A DNA stretch of 46,685 nt. It comes from Selaginella moellendorffii. Its lineage: Eukaryota; Plantae; Lycopodiophyta. The notes under the pieces were generated by a model. That model worked only from the letters and a program-made list of their open reading frames with translations. It was not told where the DNA came from and searched no databases. The stretch is taken from positions 1-46,685 of the forward strand of contig NW_003314473.1 in the NCBI RefSeq assembly GCF_000143415.4, given 5' to 3'. Positions 34,520-46,684 of this stretch are shown here, piece after piece (position 1 is the first letter of the stretch; each line of letters starts with the position of its first letter). The position numbers and the translations under genes were made by a program.

Positions 34520-34686
34520 CCGTCCCACGGTGCATGGATCGACCGGAGTCACGAACTCCGAGGAATCGGGGATCCCCGCCCTCACCCGCTCGTGGGGAGT
34601 CCCGGATCCGTCGACGGGTATACCGATCATCGGGATCCCACGCATCGTGGTCGGATCCCCCTTCAAGATCACCGCAGTCCCCCCCC
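34520..34686 (+). CDS. nad2: NADH dehydrogenase subunit 2, exon 3 (167 nt = 709-542)
   Basis: RPTVHGSTGVTNSEES...VGSPFKITAVPP edits to CSMVYGxTGVTNFEEL...VGFLFKITAVPF. Confidence 0.95.
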
Positions 34687-36232
34687 GCTCCGAGCGGTCT
34701 CTCCAACCAACCGCCACCCCGCCCTTGCTGTCGGAGAGGAGCAGCCCCAACCCGCTCCTGCTGAATGGGGCGCCAACCCGCCGGCCACACCCCACTGCAC
34801 ACCAGGCAGGAGAGAACCCCGCCGACCGCAGCCAGCAGCGACACTCCGACCACCGCCCACTGGCCGGCGGGACATGGGGGTGTCGGGCTCGCACCGAGGT
34901 GGGTTTCGTTACCCGGATCTCCCACCAGGTGCCCACTGTCTCCGTTCGCCCTGCTGGGCCCTGTGCGGTTTTGTGCTCCTCTGGCTTTTTGCCGCTTCCC
35001 CGATGGCTTTTGGCTCTAGAAGAACCCTATGCCCGGGCCCAAGCCCACCCGACGACCCGCGACGACCGCCGATGACCCCACCCTCTTGACTGACACGATC
35101 CTCTCCGGCTGGAGACGGGTCCGGTGGGGAGTGGTGCGCGGATGACTGCTGGGGGGGTTCCAGCAGAGCCCGACGACCCCGCCCGTCATTCCCCGTACCG
35201 GCGGTCGGGGGAACCTCCCTTCTTGGCTGCAGTCATCGGTCGTGTCCCGTCCGATTGCAGTGTATGCACACCGCCAGGGTGTTGAAGAGACCCGATTGCG
35301 GTTGCCCCCTGCAGACGATCATCGTCGAGGATCTCCGCTGCGGGCGGAAATGGAGAGGGCCGCTACGGCCGGCTACGGGCAGAGAGGTCGCCGCCCACCC
35401 CGGCGAGATCGGGCGGAGTACCCCGACCCCGATAACGGCTCGACCCATCCACCGCTATCGGCCCCTCGGATACGGCTATCGGTTTGATGTCGGCTCGCCC
35501 GCTCCGGCTATCCCCCCCATGCCATGACCGGAAAACCCCACGGGAAGGCGCGGGGTCGGCTCTTCCCGATCCGGATCCAGCAGGTGGGGTGGACAGGGAG
35601 CCGGTCGATCGGGGTGGGAGGGGGGGAAGGCCAGAAGCAGGACGGCTGGCACGGCTCAAACCGATCATCCGATGTCACACCGTGCGCGGCACGACGATCG
35701 AAAAGCCCAAGAAGGGGTGTCTGAGCACATACAGTGTGGAGGCGACTCGGAGGGAGGGCGGCACGGGAGGTGTTCGTCGTTTTGAGGTGTGCCGGCGGTC
35801 GGTGAGCCGCACGAGGAAGGAGGCCCCCGCCGCGTTCGGGGTTTCCCGCCCCGTCCCACGCCCGACCGGCCCCCTCCGGTCCGTGTCGCCGGCTTCCCCC
35901 GTCCGTATCCGGGCGGGTGGGCAGACGTCCCCCGCCGGTTGACCCGCAGACCGGGTGTCCGCCGCGGGCCGGGCAGAGTGCCGCACTCTGCGCGTATGGA
36001 CTCTTTCCCCGGGCTGTCGACAAAACCCCGCGCGGGCCATTTCCGAGGGTGCCCTGACGTGCAGAGCAAGCAGTCCGACACCGAGGAGCCGCATGATCGG
36101 ACCAACGGCCACGCACGGTCGACAGGGAGAGGTCAAAGGGCGGTTTTTCGCTATGCTGCCTATAGAGGGGAACCGCCGTCAACAGGCCCCCCCTCCTCTC
36201 GGGTATCCCCAGCCTTCCAGCACCGATCCTCT
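34687..36232 (+). other. group II intron nad2i709g2
   Basis: Domain V GAGCCGCATGATCGGACCAACGGCCACGCACGGTC at 36086-36120; lies between FKITAVPF and [10 protein letters not shown]. Confidence 0.85.
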
Positions 36233-36353
36233 ATATGCGGGCACCCGATGTTTACGAGGGTCCACCCACACTGGCCACGGCATTCCCCCCCACTGCACCC
36301 AAAATAGCTATCCCCGCGAATATGGTCCGTGTGCCGAACCATCGTTCCCATGA
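36233..36353 (+). CDS. nad2: NADH dehydrogenase subunit 2, exon 4 (121 nt = 830-709)
   Basis: MRAPDVYEGPPTLATAFPPTAPKIAIPANMVRV edits to [33 protein letters not shown]. Confidence 0.95.
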
Positions 36354-38108
36354 TGCGTCACTCCGACCGGCAGCAGACAGGGGGTCTTCTGTTGTTGTGG
36401 ACGCGGCGCTGCCCGCGGTCGGGGACACGGGCTTGTTCATTCTTGTGAGCATCGGCGCGTCCGGAGCGGCGCATTGGGAGGGGGGCAGCACGAAGAAACC
36501 AGGAGCCCCTTCGCCATGCCCCGCCGACCCAGCCAAAGCAGGGGAGGGAGCGCCACCGAGCACAAGGCCCAAACACCCCGCCGAGGATCATGGCCGGAGG
36601 ATAGGTGCACCCAAAACCGGCTCACGAGGGTGGAGCTCCTCGTGAGACTCTCGCAGCGGGCACGCCGAGCACGACGGCTTTTTCGGACTGGGTTGACCGA
36701 CGAGCCTTCAACACGAACGAGCGAGCGAGCGAGGGGTTTGGAGTGCGATGATCCGAGCGGCTCGGGCCGACGGGGCGTCTTCTGGAGGAGAGGCTGCTCC
36801 GTGGGCGGCTCCTCCCCTTTTGGGCTGAACCCACTGCCCGGGAGAGAGCGGGCAGCAGGCTGGGGTTTTGCCCGATAGACGGCCAACAGCACCCGGAGAT
36901 GGGCCGGCGGACGACCCGCTGCTGGCTGCCCCCCCAGAGCCGGTCGACCCGCTTTGTTTCCCCTGCCCGCCCCACCGCACCCCACACCATCACCACTCAC
37001 CCTCCTCGACTCCCACCCTACTACACCACGGTTGGGCGGAACCGGCAGCGGCTGCAGCGGGGAGCGGGGGTGCTCTCCTCGGCGGAGTGGGGCGGGGCAC
37101 GGCTGGTCATGGGCCGGGGCGGATCCGCAGAAGACCGGGTTTCCGCCAGCGGTGACCCGTGTCGCCGCTCGCCTGTCGGGGATGGTGTTCCCGCAAGCTG
37201 CTCCCCGGCACGAGGTCGGCGGGCGATACCCCGGCCCGGGCGCTGGGGCCCAAGCCCGGGGAGAGCGGTCGGGCGGGGGGAGCGCACCCGAGAGTGGCTG
37301 GGTCGGGGGTGACGACGGGGGCGGCAGCGGGTGGGGTTTTCGGGGGTCCTCAGGGTGGAGAGCGGGTCAATCGAGGCGGGGGGGCTGTGTGGGCCGCGGG
37401 GAGTGCCCTATCATCATTCTTGCACTGTGAAGACCCCCCAAAAACCCGTGCTCGGAGCAACTCGCCGTGTCCCGCTGGTTGAGGACTCGAATCGGGGTGC
37501 AGTCGACTGACCGGGTTCCGACCGTGGCGGTCGCCGGGTTCGCACTGCCCGCCGAGCGGCCGCCGGAGGCAACCCGCAGGGCGACCCGCACCCGTGTGGG
37601 GTCTGCGCAGTGGCCGCCGGTTTCGGTGAGCGTGGGGGATATTGGGACCCGATAGAGCACCTGCACGACTATTCCACCATAGGAGGACAGCCCAGAATAT
37701 GGGTATCCAGACGGCGCCGACTACCGGACAGAAAGGGGCGCCAACCCGGGGCGATCCGGGGGAGAGCGGGCAGGGCGGTCGGCTTGAACGGGCGGTGGGG
37801 ATGGTGGTAAAACCGAGAGGAGGGTGGGGTTTCAGTGCGCGGCTGGGGCGCTGGCCCGGTCGTCGGGCGGATGGTATCGGCGGGTGCTTCGCTGTGTGCA
37901 CGACCGCCACCCTCATCGGTCGGGGCATGACCCCCTACCCGTACGTTGACCATCCCGCCGCGACTGACGGGGAGCATGACCCCCCCCGACCCGGTAGGTA
38001 CCGCGGCCGGTGGGTCGCGGGTCGCTCCTTCTGCCCGGGAGCCGCATGCGGGATGATCGCCGGTCTGGTTCTCCGGCTTGTTGGGTCTGGTGCGGCCGTC
38101 GGGGGGAT
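36354..38108 (+). other. group II intron nad2i830g2
   Basis: Domain V GAGCCGCATGCGGGATGATCGCCGGTCTGGTTC at 38039-38071; ends ...GGGAT; splits the Asp codon GA|T. Confidence 0.85.
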
Positions 38109-38784
38109 TCATGATCGGCAACCACCCTCGCTCCCCGCCAGCATCGGACCAATGATCCCGGGAACAGTAGCGGCCATGGCCCAGCAAAAAGCCAAAAGAC
38201 CTGCTGCCCACAGTCCCATTGGCCATGTCGGTCACCCCCGTATCGGCTTCGCGGGGGGGACCACAATGGAGGGCATTCAACCACCACCGATTGGCCCATC
38301 GACCCATCTGTCCATGACGGTGAATGCACCCGGTCCGCCCCGCGCTGTACGGCCGGTCCGGAGCCAATACCTGGGCGATCCGGGCGCGTTCGGCAAACCC
38401 CATCCTCCATCCGCCATCACCCCCTCTCCTACGACGTCTCCATACGCGGGAATACCGCCGTTAGCCGGATCCCGCAGCAAATCCCATCCGCCTCCTGGGG
38501 CTATCCGTTGCGGGGCCGACGTGCCCGCCGGTCTGGGAGTGGTCACTAGCGCTATCAGTCGTTCTCACCACCCACGGCCGGTGAAACCCATGTATTCCGA
38601 CCTTCCCGGGGAGCACATGATCCCACCCCGACTCGATCGTGACAACCCCATCGTCCCAGCCATCACTGTCGCCCGTACCACACCGATGCCCCCACATACC
38701 CCCCCGCTGTTCCCAGTTACCCACTATATGGCCATGGGGCCCTCTGCGGAGAGTGGAGTGGGTTTTTCGGGGAGCGTGGCATGA
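38109..38784 (+). CDS. nad2: NADH dehydrogenase subunit 2, exon 5 (terminal)
   Basis: AAMAQQKAKRPAAHSPIGHVGH...SPYAGIPPLAGSRSKSH edits to AAMAQxKVKRLxAYSSIGHVGY...FSYAGIPPLAGFCSKFY. Five exons sum to 1548 nt, in frame. Confidence 0.96.
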
Positions 38785-39746
38785 CACAGCAGGGAGGGGG
38801 CGCACACCCACCGATACCTGCTCCTGCGAACGAGCGACGGCGGAAACCCCCGAAGCAGCCAGGAGGGTGTGTTGTGCGGCTTCGCCCACTGGCGCAAGTG
38901 GGGACAGACAAGACCACCCAACAAACTCGTCCGTCGTACCCAGCACGGGCCCGAGACGGTGCAGACACTGTCTCACTTGCTTGTGTTCCTCGTTCCGCCC
39001 CCCTCCCTTCGTCGCCAAACCGTTTGTTTGCGGTGTGCTTGCTGGTCCCAATCCTCCGCTCCCGGTCGTCCTTTCTTCGACCCTCCTGGGCCCAGAAGGG
39101 GCGGGCGAGCCGCTCTGCCCTCCAGCAGCCCGAGCGGGCACACTCCCCCTCCGGCGGCCCCCATCTCCCCGCCGGCGTACGCGGTGGGTCGTCCTCCGTC
39201 CACTGCCCCGCCCAAGCCGGATGATGGGGGCCGGTTCGGTGGGATGGCCTCCCCGTGGTTGGTCGTCCCCCGACTCGGACATCCGGTGCAGACAGCCCCG
39301 GCTTCCACTCCCGAGCGCCGTGGTGACACCGATCGCCGGTGGTCGGCCGGGGAGCAGCAGACGACCGACGGTTGTTCATCCCGCCGACCATTCCCCCTAA
39401 GCCCCGCTTTCCCCAAAAACCCGTCCGTGCCCCCGTGGCCGTGTACCCGCCCACCGTCGGCGCCTCCCACCCCGGACCGGCTTTCCTCCCATGGCCAAAC
39501 CCCAAAAACCCGCCAACGCGGGCTGCCCGTGCTGGGCGGGGTGGTCCGAGCGAGCCGCTGCGGGTGCTGGTCCCACCGGGGACCGTGTTAGCGTTTCCGG
39601 TTTTCCCCCATGACCCGAGCCGGCCCCGGCGATGTCCACCCTCTGCCCTTTGCCGCTCCCGGGCCGGTTTACTACACCCCCATCCGACCCGCCCGACCGG
39701 CTCGGTTTCCCTAAACCCCCAAAAACCGAGGCGAGGGAGGGAAAAG

Positions 39747-39776
39747 GAGGGAGGAGGAGGAGGAGGAGGAGGAGGA
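39747..39776. repeat. (GGA)n microsatellite
   Basis: Directly visible. Confidence 0.9.
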
Positions 39777-40292
39777 TACCCGCCGCTGCCATGGCCCTTT
39801 CCCAAACCCGCCGCAACGAACCACCCGGATGACCCGACGACGGACGATATCACTGGCTGCTGGGGTGGAGCCGAGCGGGATGCGCGGTTCGGCCGCCTTG
39901 TGGGCCACCGCCCGCCCACCCAGCCGTGCGGGGTGTGGGATGCGGGCGGGGATACCCGGTCATCGTGTGCTGCCCCGTTTTCGGTGCGGCTGGCTTTTGT
40001 TGGGGGGTCATGGCGCCCACCAGCAGTCAAAACCGGACGACCGGCTTTCCTCCCATGGCCAGTGCCCGGGTTTTCCTTCGGTCTGGCCATTGGGGCCAGG
40101 ATCAGCGCCGTCCGTCGCACACGGACGGGGTTTTGGGGGGTAAACGAAAGCGGGCCGTTCGCCCTCCGCCGGAGGGAGGAGCACTGCCCGCCCCGCCGGC
40201 CATCGTGGCGGCCGTCTCTCCCTTCCCGGCTTTGGCGCCGTCCGGCCACCGACCAGCAGATCCTCCGGCCGGGGTTCCCGCCGAGCCCGGTG

Positions 40293-40321
40293 TGATCGTG
40301 CCCTCCCCGATTCCGACCATA
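40293..40321 (+). repeat. 29-bp copy (1 mismatch) of nad3 exon 3 sequence 19619-19647
   Basis: TGATCGTGCCCTCCCCGAT[A/T]CCGACCATA at both sites. Confidence 0.85.
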
Positions 40322-41059
40322 CCCACTAGCGGGCGTGCCGCAAGCAAGTCGATATCGATATCTCGTCGGTCTTCCGCCGGTCGGGGGCCGACGAACGAAA
40401 AGCCGTGCACCGAATCACCGGTCTTTCCCCGCCGGCACCGCCCCGAACCCCCATCCCGGTTTTCTTTCCTTCCCCCCTCCGTCGATGGATGAAGGCCCCC
40501 CCATCGGTTGGGTTGTTGCGGCAACAATCACTCACTTTCCCCCAAACCGGGTCTCTCTCTTCGGCCGGTGTGTGGCCCTCTCTGGTCCCGCTCGGGCTGC
40601 TGGGGGGCATTGGGCGGTAGAAACACGGTCGGGCCAACCCCCGCCGGCCGGGCCCCGACCGCTCGCTGTGCACACACCCCGCCGGGCCGTGCGGCGCACA
40701 CCGGACGACCGGCTTCGGCTCCCGCCCAAACCAGCCAGAGAGTACGCGCGGCCATGGCCGTCCTCCAAACCCTTCCACTCCCGCCCGAAGAACCGGCACT
40801 CGCTCCACCGCTGCTGCTGCTGCTGCTGCTGCTCCTCCCTCCTCTCCTGGCCGGCCCCCGCCCCGCCCGCCCACACGGGCCACACGTTTCCGCGTGCGTT
40901 TGGATCGTGTCGCGTGTCGCTCTGCTGGCTGGTCGAACCGGACGACCGGCCGGACCTCGCCGACGACCGGATCGGCGGGGGCTCTCCCAAAACCGTGTGC
41001 ACGCCCCCGGCGATGGTGATGAGGCTCTCTGGTCTGCTGCTGTCTCGTGCGGGGGGTTT

Positions 41060-41137
41060 GAAGAAGAAGAAGAAGAAGAAGAAGAAGAAGAAGGCGGCGT
41101 GTTGTCCTTCTTCCTTCCTTCCTTCCTTCCTTCCTTC
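41060..41137. repeat. (GAA)n plus (CTTC)n microsatellites
   Basis: Directly visible. Confidence 0.9.
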
Positions 41138-42410
41138 CCCGCCGGTCGGTCCGAGCGCCGCTGCTTGGAGGAAGGGGCGGGTCGGGGGTTTTCTTCAATC
41201 GTGTCCAGCTCATTCCCGCCTTCGCGGCGTTCGCCCTAATAACTACGTCCGCTTGCTTTCGTTCGGCACCGACGACCGGGCGGGCGGTGCGATCGGGGCG
41301 CTCGACACGATCGATTGGCGTGACGGGGTCGGGGTGTGCGGTTTTTCGCGGATCCGCTAATCGAAAACCCCTTCCGGTGTGGCGCACACCCCCGCCTTTC
41401 GGGTGCGACCGGGGGCGGGCGGAAGGAAAGTGCAAAACCCAACAACCGTGCCACCGGGCGTCGTCGGCGGGGTGGACCCAGTGGTTTGAACCTCCCCGTT
41501 TTCGGTGCGTGGGCCGCCCCCGGGAAGAGCGTGAGCGTGGAAGCCGATGATGATCATCGTCGCTATCCGGCCGGGGCGAGAGCCCCACCCGCAGAAGAAA
41601 CAACCCTGCCTGCTCGCGCTGTTTGCACCCAACCCCCCCACAGAGCACTGGCGATGATACCAGGTACACCCCGCCAGCGGCGCCCAAGCCCCCCGTCCAC
41701 GTCGTGGTCGACGAAAAGCCCCTTCTCCCTCCGACGAGGAGGAGGAGGAGCGGGCGGGGGTCGACGCGGGCCACGCCCCCGAAGACGAGTGCACTGCTGC
41801 TTGTTTTGGGCCAGCGCGGATCGATTGGAATGTGTGCCGCGGACGGAGGAAAAGCGGGAAGCAGCGGAGGTGTCTCGAGCGGCGACCACCACCACCCAAA
41901 GCAGCGGCGAGAGTGACTGGCCCAGATGGCGGGGAGTGCCGCCGGGCGGAGGACGGCCGCGCCGGGGTCACGCGACTGCGCGGGTGGTTTACTTACCTGC
42001 TGGAATCCGGAGCAGCTTGTTGGATGATGCCGTGTTGGGCGGAAGTAGGGGCGGGGTATCATCGAAGAAGAACACACCCCGCCGGCCGAACAACGGGCGA
42101 TGAAGAAAAGGAACACGCCGACGAGCTCGTGGGGTGTTCCGCCGGGCATGGGGTGTGCGGCTGCTTCGTCGGTGGTCGGCTCGGGGTCGTCATCAAACGC
42201 CGAAGACAGTGGTCTCCGCGGTGTCGAGCACCGGTCGGGGGCATGATGATGCCGCCGCCCCCCAACCAAGGACGCCGACAACGGAGCAGGCAGCTCCTCG
42301 GCCTAAACACACACCCGTGCAGGCAGTCGGCTTGCTTTTCGTCGTCGGCCCGGTCGTCGGGTTCGGCCCCCGCCCCCCGTTCAAGCCGGCCCGATCCTTC
42401 CTTGATGGAT

Positions 42411-42436
42411 GATTGATTGATTGATTGATTGATTGA
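42411..42436. repeat. (GATT)n microsatellite
   Basis: Directly visible. Confidence 0.9.
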
Positions 42437-44292
42437 AGAGATAGAGGCCGGCTATCGATCGATCGGGGTCTTCGATGGCGGGTTTCGCCCCCCAGGCACT
42501 CCCCGCCGCTTGGGATGGTCCTCGCCGGGGGTGGGGGCCGCACACCCGCCCCGGTCCGGGTCGGTATGCGCATCGTCGGCTCGGTTGGCCCATCCGCTGC
42601 CCGGACTCGGAGGCAAAGCCGCCCCGCCTCCGATCGCCCTCGGCCCACCACTCCCCCCAGCCGCGGCGGGTCGGTCTCGGCCTTTCGCCCACACCACCCG
42701 GTTTTGCGTGCCACTGGGTTCACTGCCGCACGGCGGGGGCCAAGCGGAGCACCTCCCTCTGTTTCCCCGCCCCGACTCAAACCCCACCCCGCTCTCGACG
42801 GTCTGCTGTCCGTCTCTCTCTGGCTGGACGGGGTTTCCGACGACAATGAGGCCCGCCGAGGAGGTGCATACCACTTCCTCTTCCCAGACGTCTGTCCATC
42901 GGCTATCTGCGGCGGTGCTCCCGTCCGTTTCCGGGTGTGCTTGCTGTCCACTCCCCGGGTAGGGTCTGCACACCGACGCACTCTGCTGCGTCTTCCAGAC
43001 TCGATTCGCGCTGGGTCTGCTGGCTGCTCCCCCGAGCGCCGGGAAACCGGCACACGCACCCGCCCCGATCGATGCCCCTCCTCGCCGGGTGGGTGCGCCC
43101 CCGGACGAGCCGCCCAACACTCCCGATTTCCGGGGAGGCCCGCCCCCCCATGACAGGGAGTGGTGGCGGTCGGGGTGGAGCCGATCGACCCAGTATACCA
43201 TTTTTGGCTGTCTAGAGGCCTCTGTCGAGCCGCCCGACTGATAGATGGTTGTGTGCCTTATTTGTCGCCGCTAGGAGGCCTTCGAACGCCTTTGAGAGGC
43301 CATTTTTGAGGCTCTTCCGGGCCGGGTCCTCTTGCCCCAGGGGAGCTGCTCCTTCCACCCAAGCCGACTCGACCGCTCGAATCGGCGGGGGTGTTTCGGC
43401 CGACCGCGGCGCCGCTATCGGTGTGACCGTCGGTTCCGATCGACCCACTGCCACCCGCCCACTCTTTCGGTCGTCGCCAACCGCCCGCTCCTCCCTTCTC
43501 ACCCCACCCCGCCGCACACGGCCCACGAAAACCGACATCGTGTGTCTTTCGTCGGTGGGAATCAAGTCGAGCTCCGGCTCTGGGGCAACCTTCTTTCTTT
43601 CCCCCGGGCGATCGGCGATTCCCGCTCCGGGTTGGGGGGTGGTATCGGAGACGAGCCGAAAGCGGACATCCCGCCGCATGGGCCGCCGTCCCGCGGGTGG
43701 GGTGGTTAGCCGATTTCCGACTATCGTTTCTGTCCGAGGGGGGAGGACTGCCTCGGTTTACCGTCTCTGGCCATCCAGTTAGGGGCAGCCCCGTCTCTCT
43801 TCTCTCCTGGCCGGAACCCCCGCCCGCCTCGGTCCGGGCATGGGCGGGGAGCTCCACTCGGGCAGCCCCGGCGAACGGCACACCGGCCGGGGGGATGGTG
43901 TGGGTGTGGCGCGGGTCGGCTTGAACGGGCGGTGGCGACAATCGAGCTCTCCGCCCCCCGGTTGGAGCTGTTCCGCCCCGCTTTGCCTATCCGACCTTTT
44001 CTTCCGCGTATCATCCCCGCACTCCCAGCGGATCATCGAAGAACCTCCCCCCAAACCCACCCGAGCGGCGATCACCTTCGGCGGATCGGCGGGTGTCGAA
44101 AAGCTCGAGCCTCCCGCGCCGCCCCACACCGGCTGGTGCTCCCGACGCGCCCAACAGCCGGCCGTTTTGGGGCTGGTTTACCCGTTGTTCGTCCGAAAGC
44201 CAGTGCGGGTGCCGGGCAGCAGTGGAACGAACCGCCGATACACCGTAAAGCCGGGAAGAAGGCGCATTTCCCCGCTCGGCAGACGGCCCACC

Positions 44293-44323
44293 CTTCTTCT
44301 TCTTCTTCTTCTTCTTCTTCTTC
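44293..44323. repeat. (CTT)10 microsatellite
   Basis: Directly visible. Confidence 0.9.
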
Positions 44324-45663
44324 CGCCCGGGCTGGTTTCCGCGGCTGGTGCTCCTCCCTGTTTCGCCCGGCCGTCGGAGTGGGGCTCGTCGGGAGCACCA
44401 GCCGGGCGGGGGTGCGTCGTCGACCGGTAGGCCGTCCGGCGGGTCCTCCGACGGCCGCTGCCGCCGATGGCAGCATGACTGGGTGTCGACGGGCGGGCAC
44501 GACTGTCCTGCCTGGGCCATACCCCCGCGCTCGGGGTCGTCGGTGTTTCACTTTCCCAGGGAAGGAAGAAGGAGAAGAAGAAGAAGAAGAATCGGCGCAC
44601 AGTCACTGGTTTTCCGACGCCCAAAACCGCACGAGACGGTCGTCCCCGCCGGCCGAAAGGGGCTGCTCCCCGTCCCGCGGAGGGCAGCACAGCTCCAGCG
44701 CGGTTTTGGCCGTTCCACCCCCGACCGATGAGGGGCGGCCAACCGCCAGGGAGGGAGCAGCACCACTGTCTGCTGCCCCATCGTCGGCGCGGGCAGACGC
44801 CTCCCAGCCAGAGAGGGGAGGGAGGAGGGCGAACGGCTTCTTCGGCCGCCCCACGCAAAAACCAGCGGAGAGCGGAAGAAGCGCCGATGTTTGCTGTGGC
44901 CCGCCCCACGCCGACCGGTGGGCGGCCGTCGGTGGGATGGGGGAGAAGCCGACGACGGGCGTGCCCGCGCCCAAGGCGAGACGGCCCCCGGCCGAGCGCA
45001 GCAGACGGCGTCACAAACCCCACTCGGGGGTCGGGAGAGCAGAGGGCGGGCGCACAGTGAGTGACATGTGCGGAGATCGCCGCCGGGTGCAGCAGCACTC
45101 ACCCGGTTGGTGCACTCACTGAGCCCGAGCCGGATCAGGGAGAGGTTACCCTGGGGATCGGGGATACGGCGATGGTGGGAATCGTGACTCGTCACGGCAC
45201 CGGGGCGGCGTGGAACCACCCGCAGTGGGGTGACCACATGGGGGGGGCGCTGGCGGCGATTCCGGCGCTGTCGGTCATGGGCTTGGAGACGATCCTCTCG
45301 ATATCGATTTTGGGGGGTTTGGCCGGAGGACCGGCGATCATATCAATCACCGCCGGGGTCCGTCGTCCGCCGACTCCCCCCACCCCGGCGATCGGCACAC
45401 CGAACCGGCGTATGCCCGCACGAGCGAGACGGACACCAGCCGCAGCCACAGCCACAGCAGTCGATCGATCCGACGAAAAGCGGCTCCTCTCCCCGCCCAC
45501 GCACCCGGCCCCACACCACTCCCGGCGGCACACGATTGGACCGCACTGCACGTCGGCTATCCCCCCAGCCAGCCCCCCTTTCCGATCGACCCGCTCGCCG
45601 CCCAGAGACACAGCAAACCAGGTGCCCCCGGGTGAATGGAGTCCCCCAGCTTCGGTGTCAATC

Positions 45664-45732
<69 letters not shown>
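45664..45732. repeat. compound microsatellite (AAT)11-(CT)16 downstream of tatC
   Basis: Directly visible. Confidence 0.9.
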
Positions 45733-45736
<4 letters not shown>

Positions 45737-45898
45737 CCTCTCTTCTGCCGGGTGGTCACTTTTCTTTCCCCTGGCTCGGTTGGGGGAGTGGTATTCCGGC
45801 CGGGGTTCGGTGCATGAATGGCAGTGATTCCGGGCGGACCGAGCCCTTTAAGGCGCGCCTTGGCCCGCTCCACCCGCCTCTATCGCTCTTGTCGGCTT

Positions 45899-46684
45899 CT
45901 AGAGGCGGCAAGCCCAACAATCCCCATGATGCGAACCCGAGCAAAGGGATTCGGGGGTTTGTGTCCTCGTGCTTGTCACAACGGCCCGGATAGCTCCGAT
46001 AGAGAGGGTTGGCTCGATCGACAGATGGATGGGCCCAGCCGCTACGAGGAGGCGGCCGATCTGCGGGGGACAAGCCGGGGCGGAAGTGGCACCCGGTATG
46101 GGCGCGGGGAGACGGATCCGTACCGGCCGTATCGTGGAGGGGGACGCAGGGCACAAAGGCGCGGTCGGCATGATCCCCGGTATCTGGCCCACAAGAGTGA
46201 GAGTGCAGGGGGGGCTCACCGTTGGGCGGGGATGGGCGAGAGTCATGGGTTGGGAGTTCGTGATGGGCGGATTGGTGGGTGTTGTATTGGCGGGGTACGG
46301 GGATTCCCGAACCTTCGGGGCAGGCCGACCGGGTGTTGTGCTTGCCGGAGAGCCGAAACCAGTCACCGTGGCCGCTTCGGTCGGGTATTCCCTTCCATCT
46401 TCATCAGTCGTGGGCATCGGGGAGCGCCGGCTCTGGTAAGGCGGGGCGGGGAGGCTTGGGGTGGGGCGTGGGATTGGGGCCGTGATGGCATGCGTGCGCG
46501 GGGCCTCCGTCGAAAGGGTGGGGGTGGGTGGGGGTTCCTCGGGCGAGGTAAAGGGGGGTTTCGCCGATGGGGGAAGGGGCTCTTCACCGGACCAATGAAC
46601 CGTACACCCGCGGGGTGTAGCGCGAGTCGGCATCCGGGGAAAACGCATTCTCCGTGCACCGGGTTTCGTGATGGCGAGCAGACC
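45899..46684 (-). CDS. tatC: twin-arginine translocase subunit TatC (mttB); frame open to window edge; stop may be an edited CAA at 45959-45961
   Basis: HWSGEEPLPPSAKPPFTSP...LSTEAPRTHA...PYQSRRSPMP...APKVRESPY...NSQPM...QIPG...CPPQI...SIEP corresponds to YWFxEELxxPLAKPFLTLP...LTEAFxTYV...YQxWCFLxP...VPNVWxFLY...LQPK...QVPV...TPPDI...IIEL. Confidence 0.92.
   Translation of the reverse strand, partial: GLLAITKPGARRMRFPRMPTRATPRGCTVHWSGEEPLPPSAKPPFTSPEEPPPTPTLSTEAPRTHAITAPIPRPTPSLPAPPYQSRRSPMPTTDEDGREYPTEAATVTGFGSPASTTPGRPAPKVRESPYPANTTPTNPPITNSQPMTLAHPRPTVSPPCTLTLVGQIPGIMPTAPLCPASPSTIRPVRIRLPAPIPGATSAPACPPQIGRLLVAAGPIHLSIEPTLSIGAIRAVVTSTRTQTPESLCSGSHHGDCWACRL

Noticed and set aside
40326-42281. 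651 aa minus-strand ORF
   Set aside because: Built from microsatellite-derived homopolymer runs, with no recognisable domain.
44625-44654. Minus-strand domain V-like sequence
   Set aside because: Lacks a good GAGC start and is followed by a (CTT)-type repeat rather than an exon.
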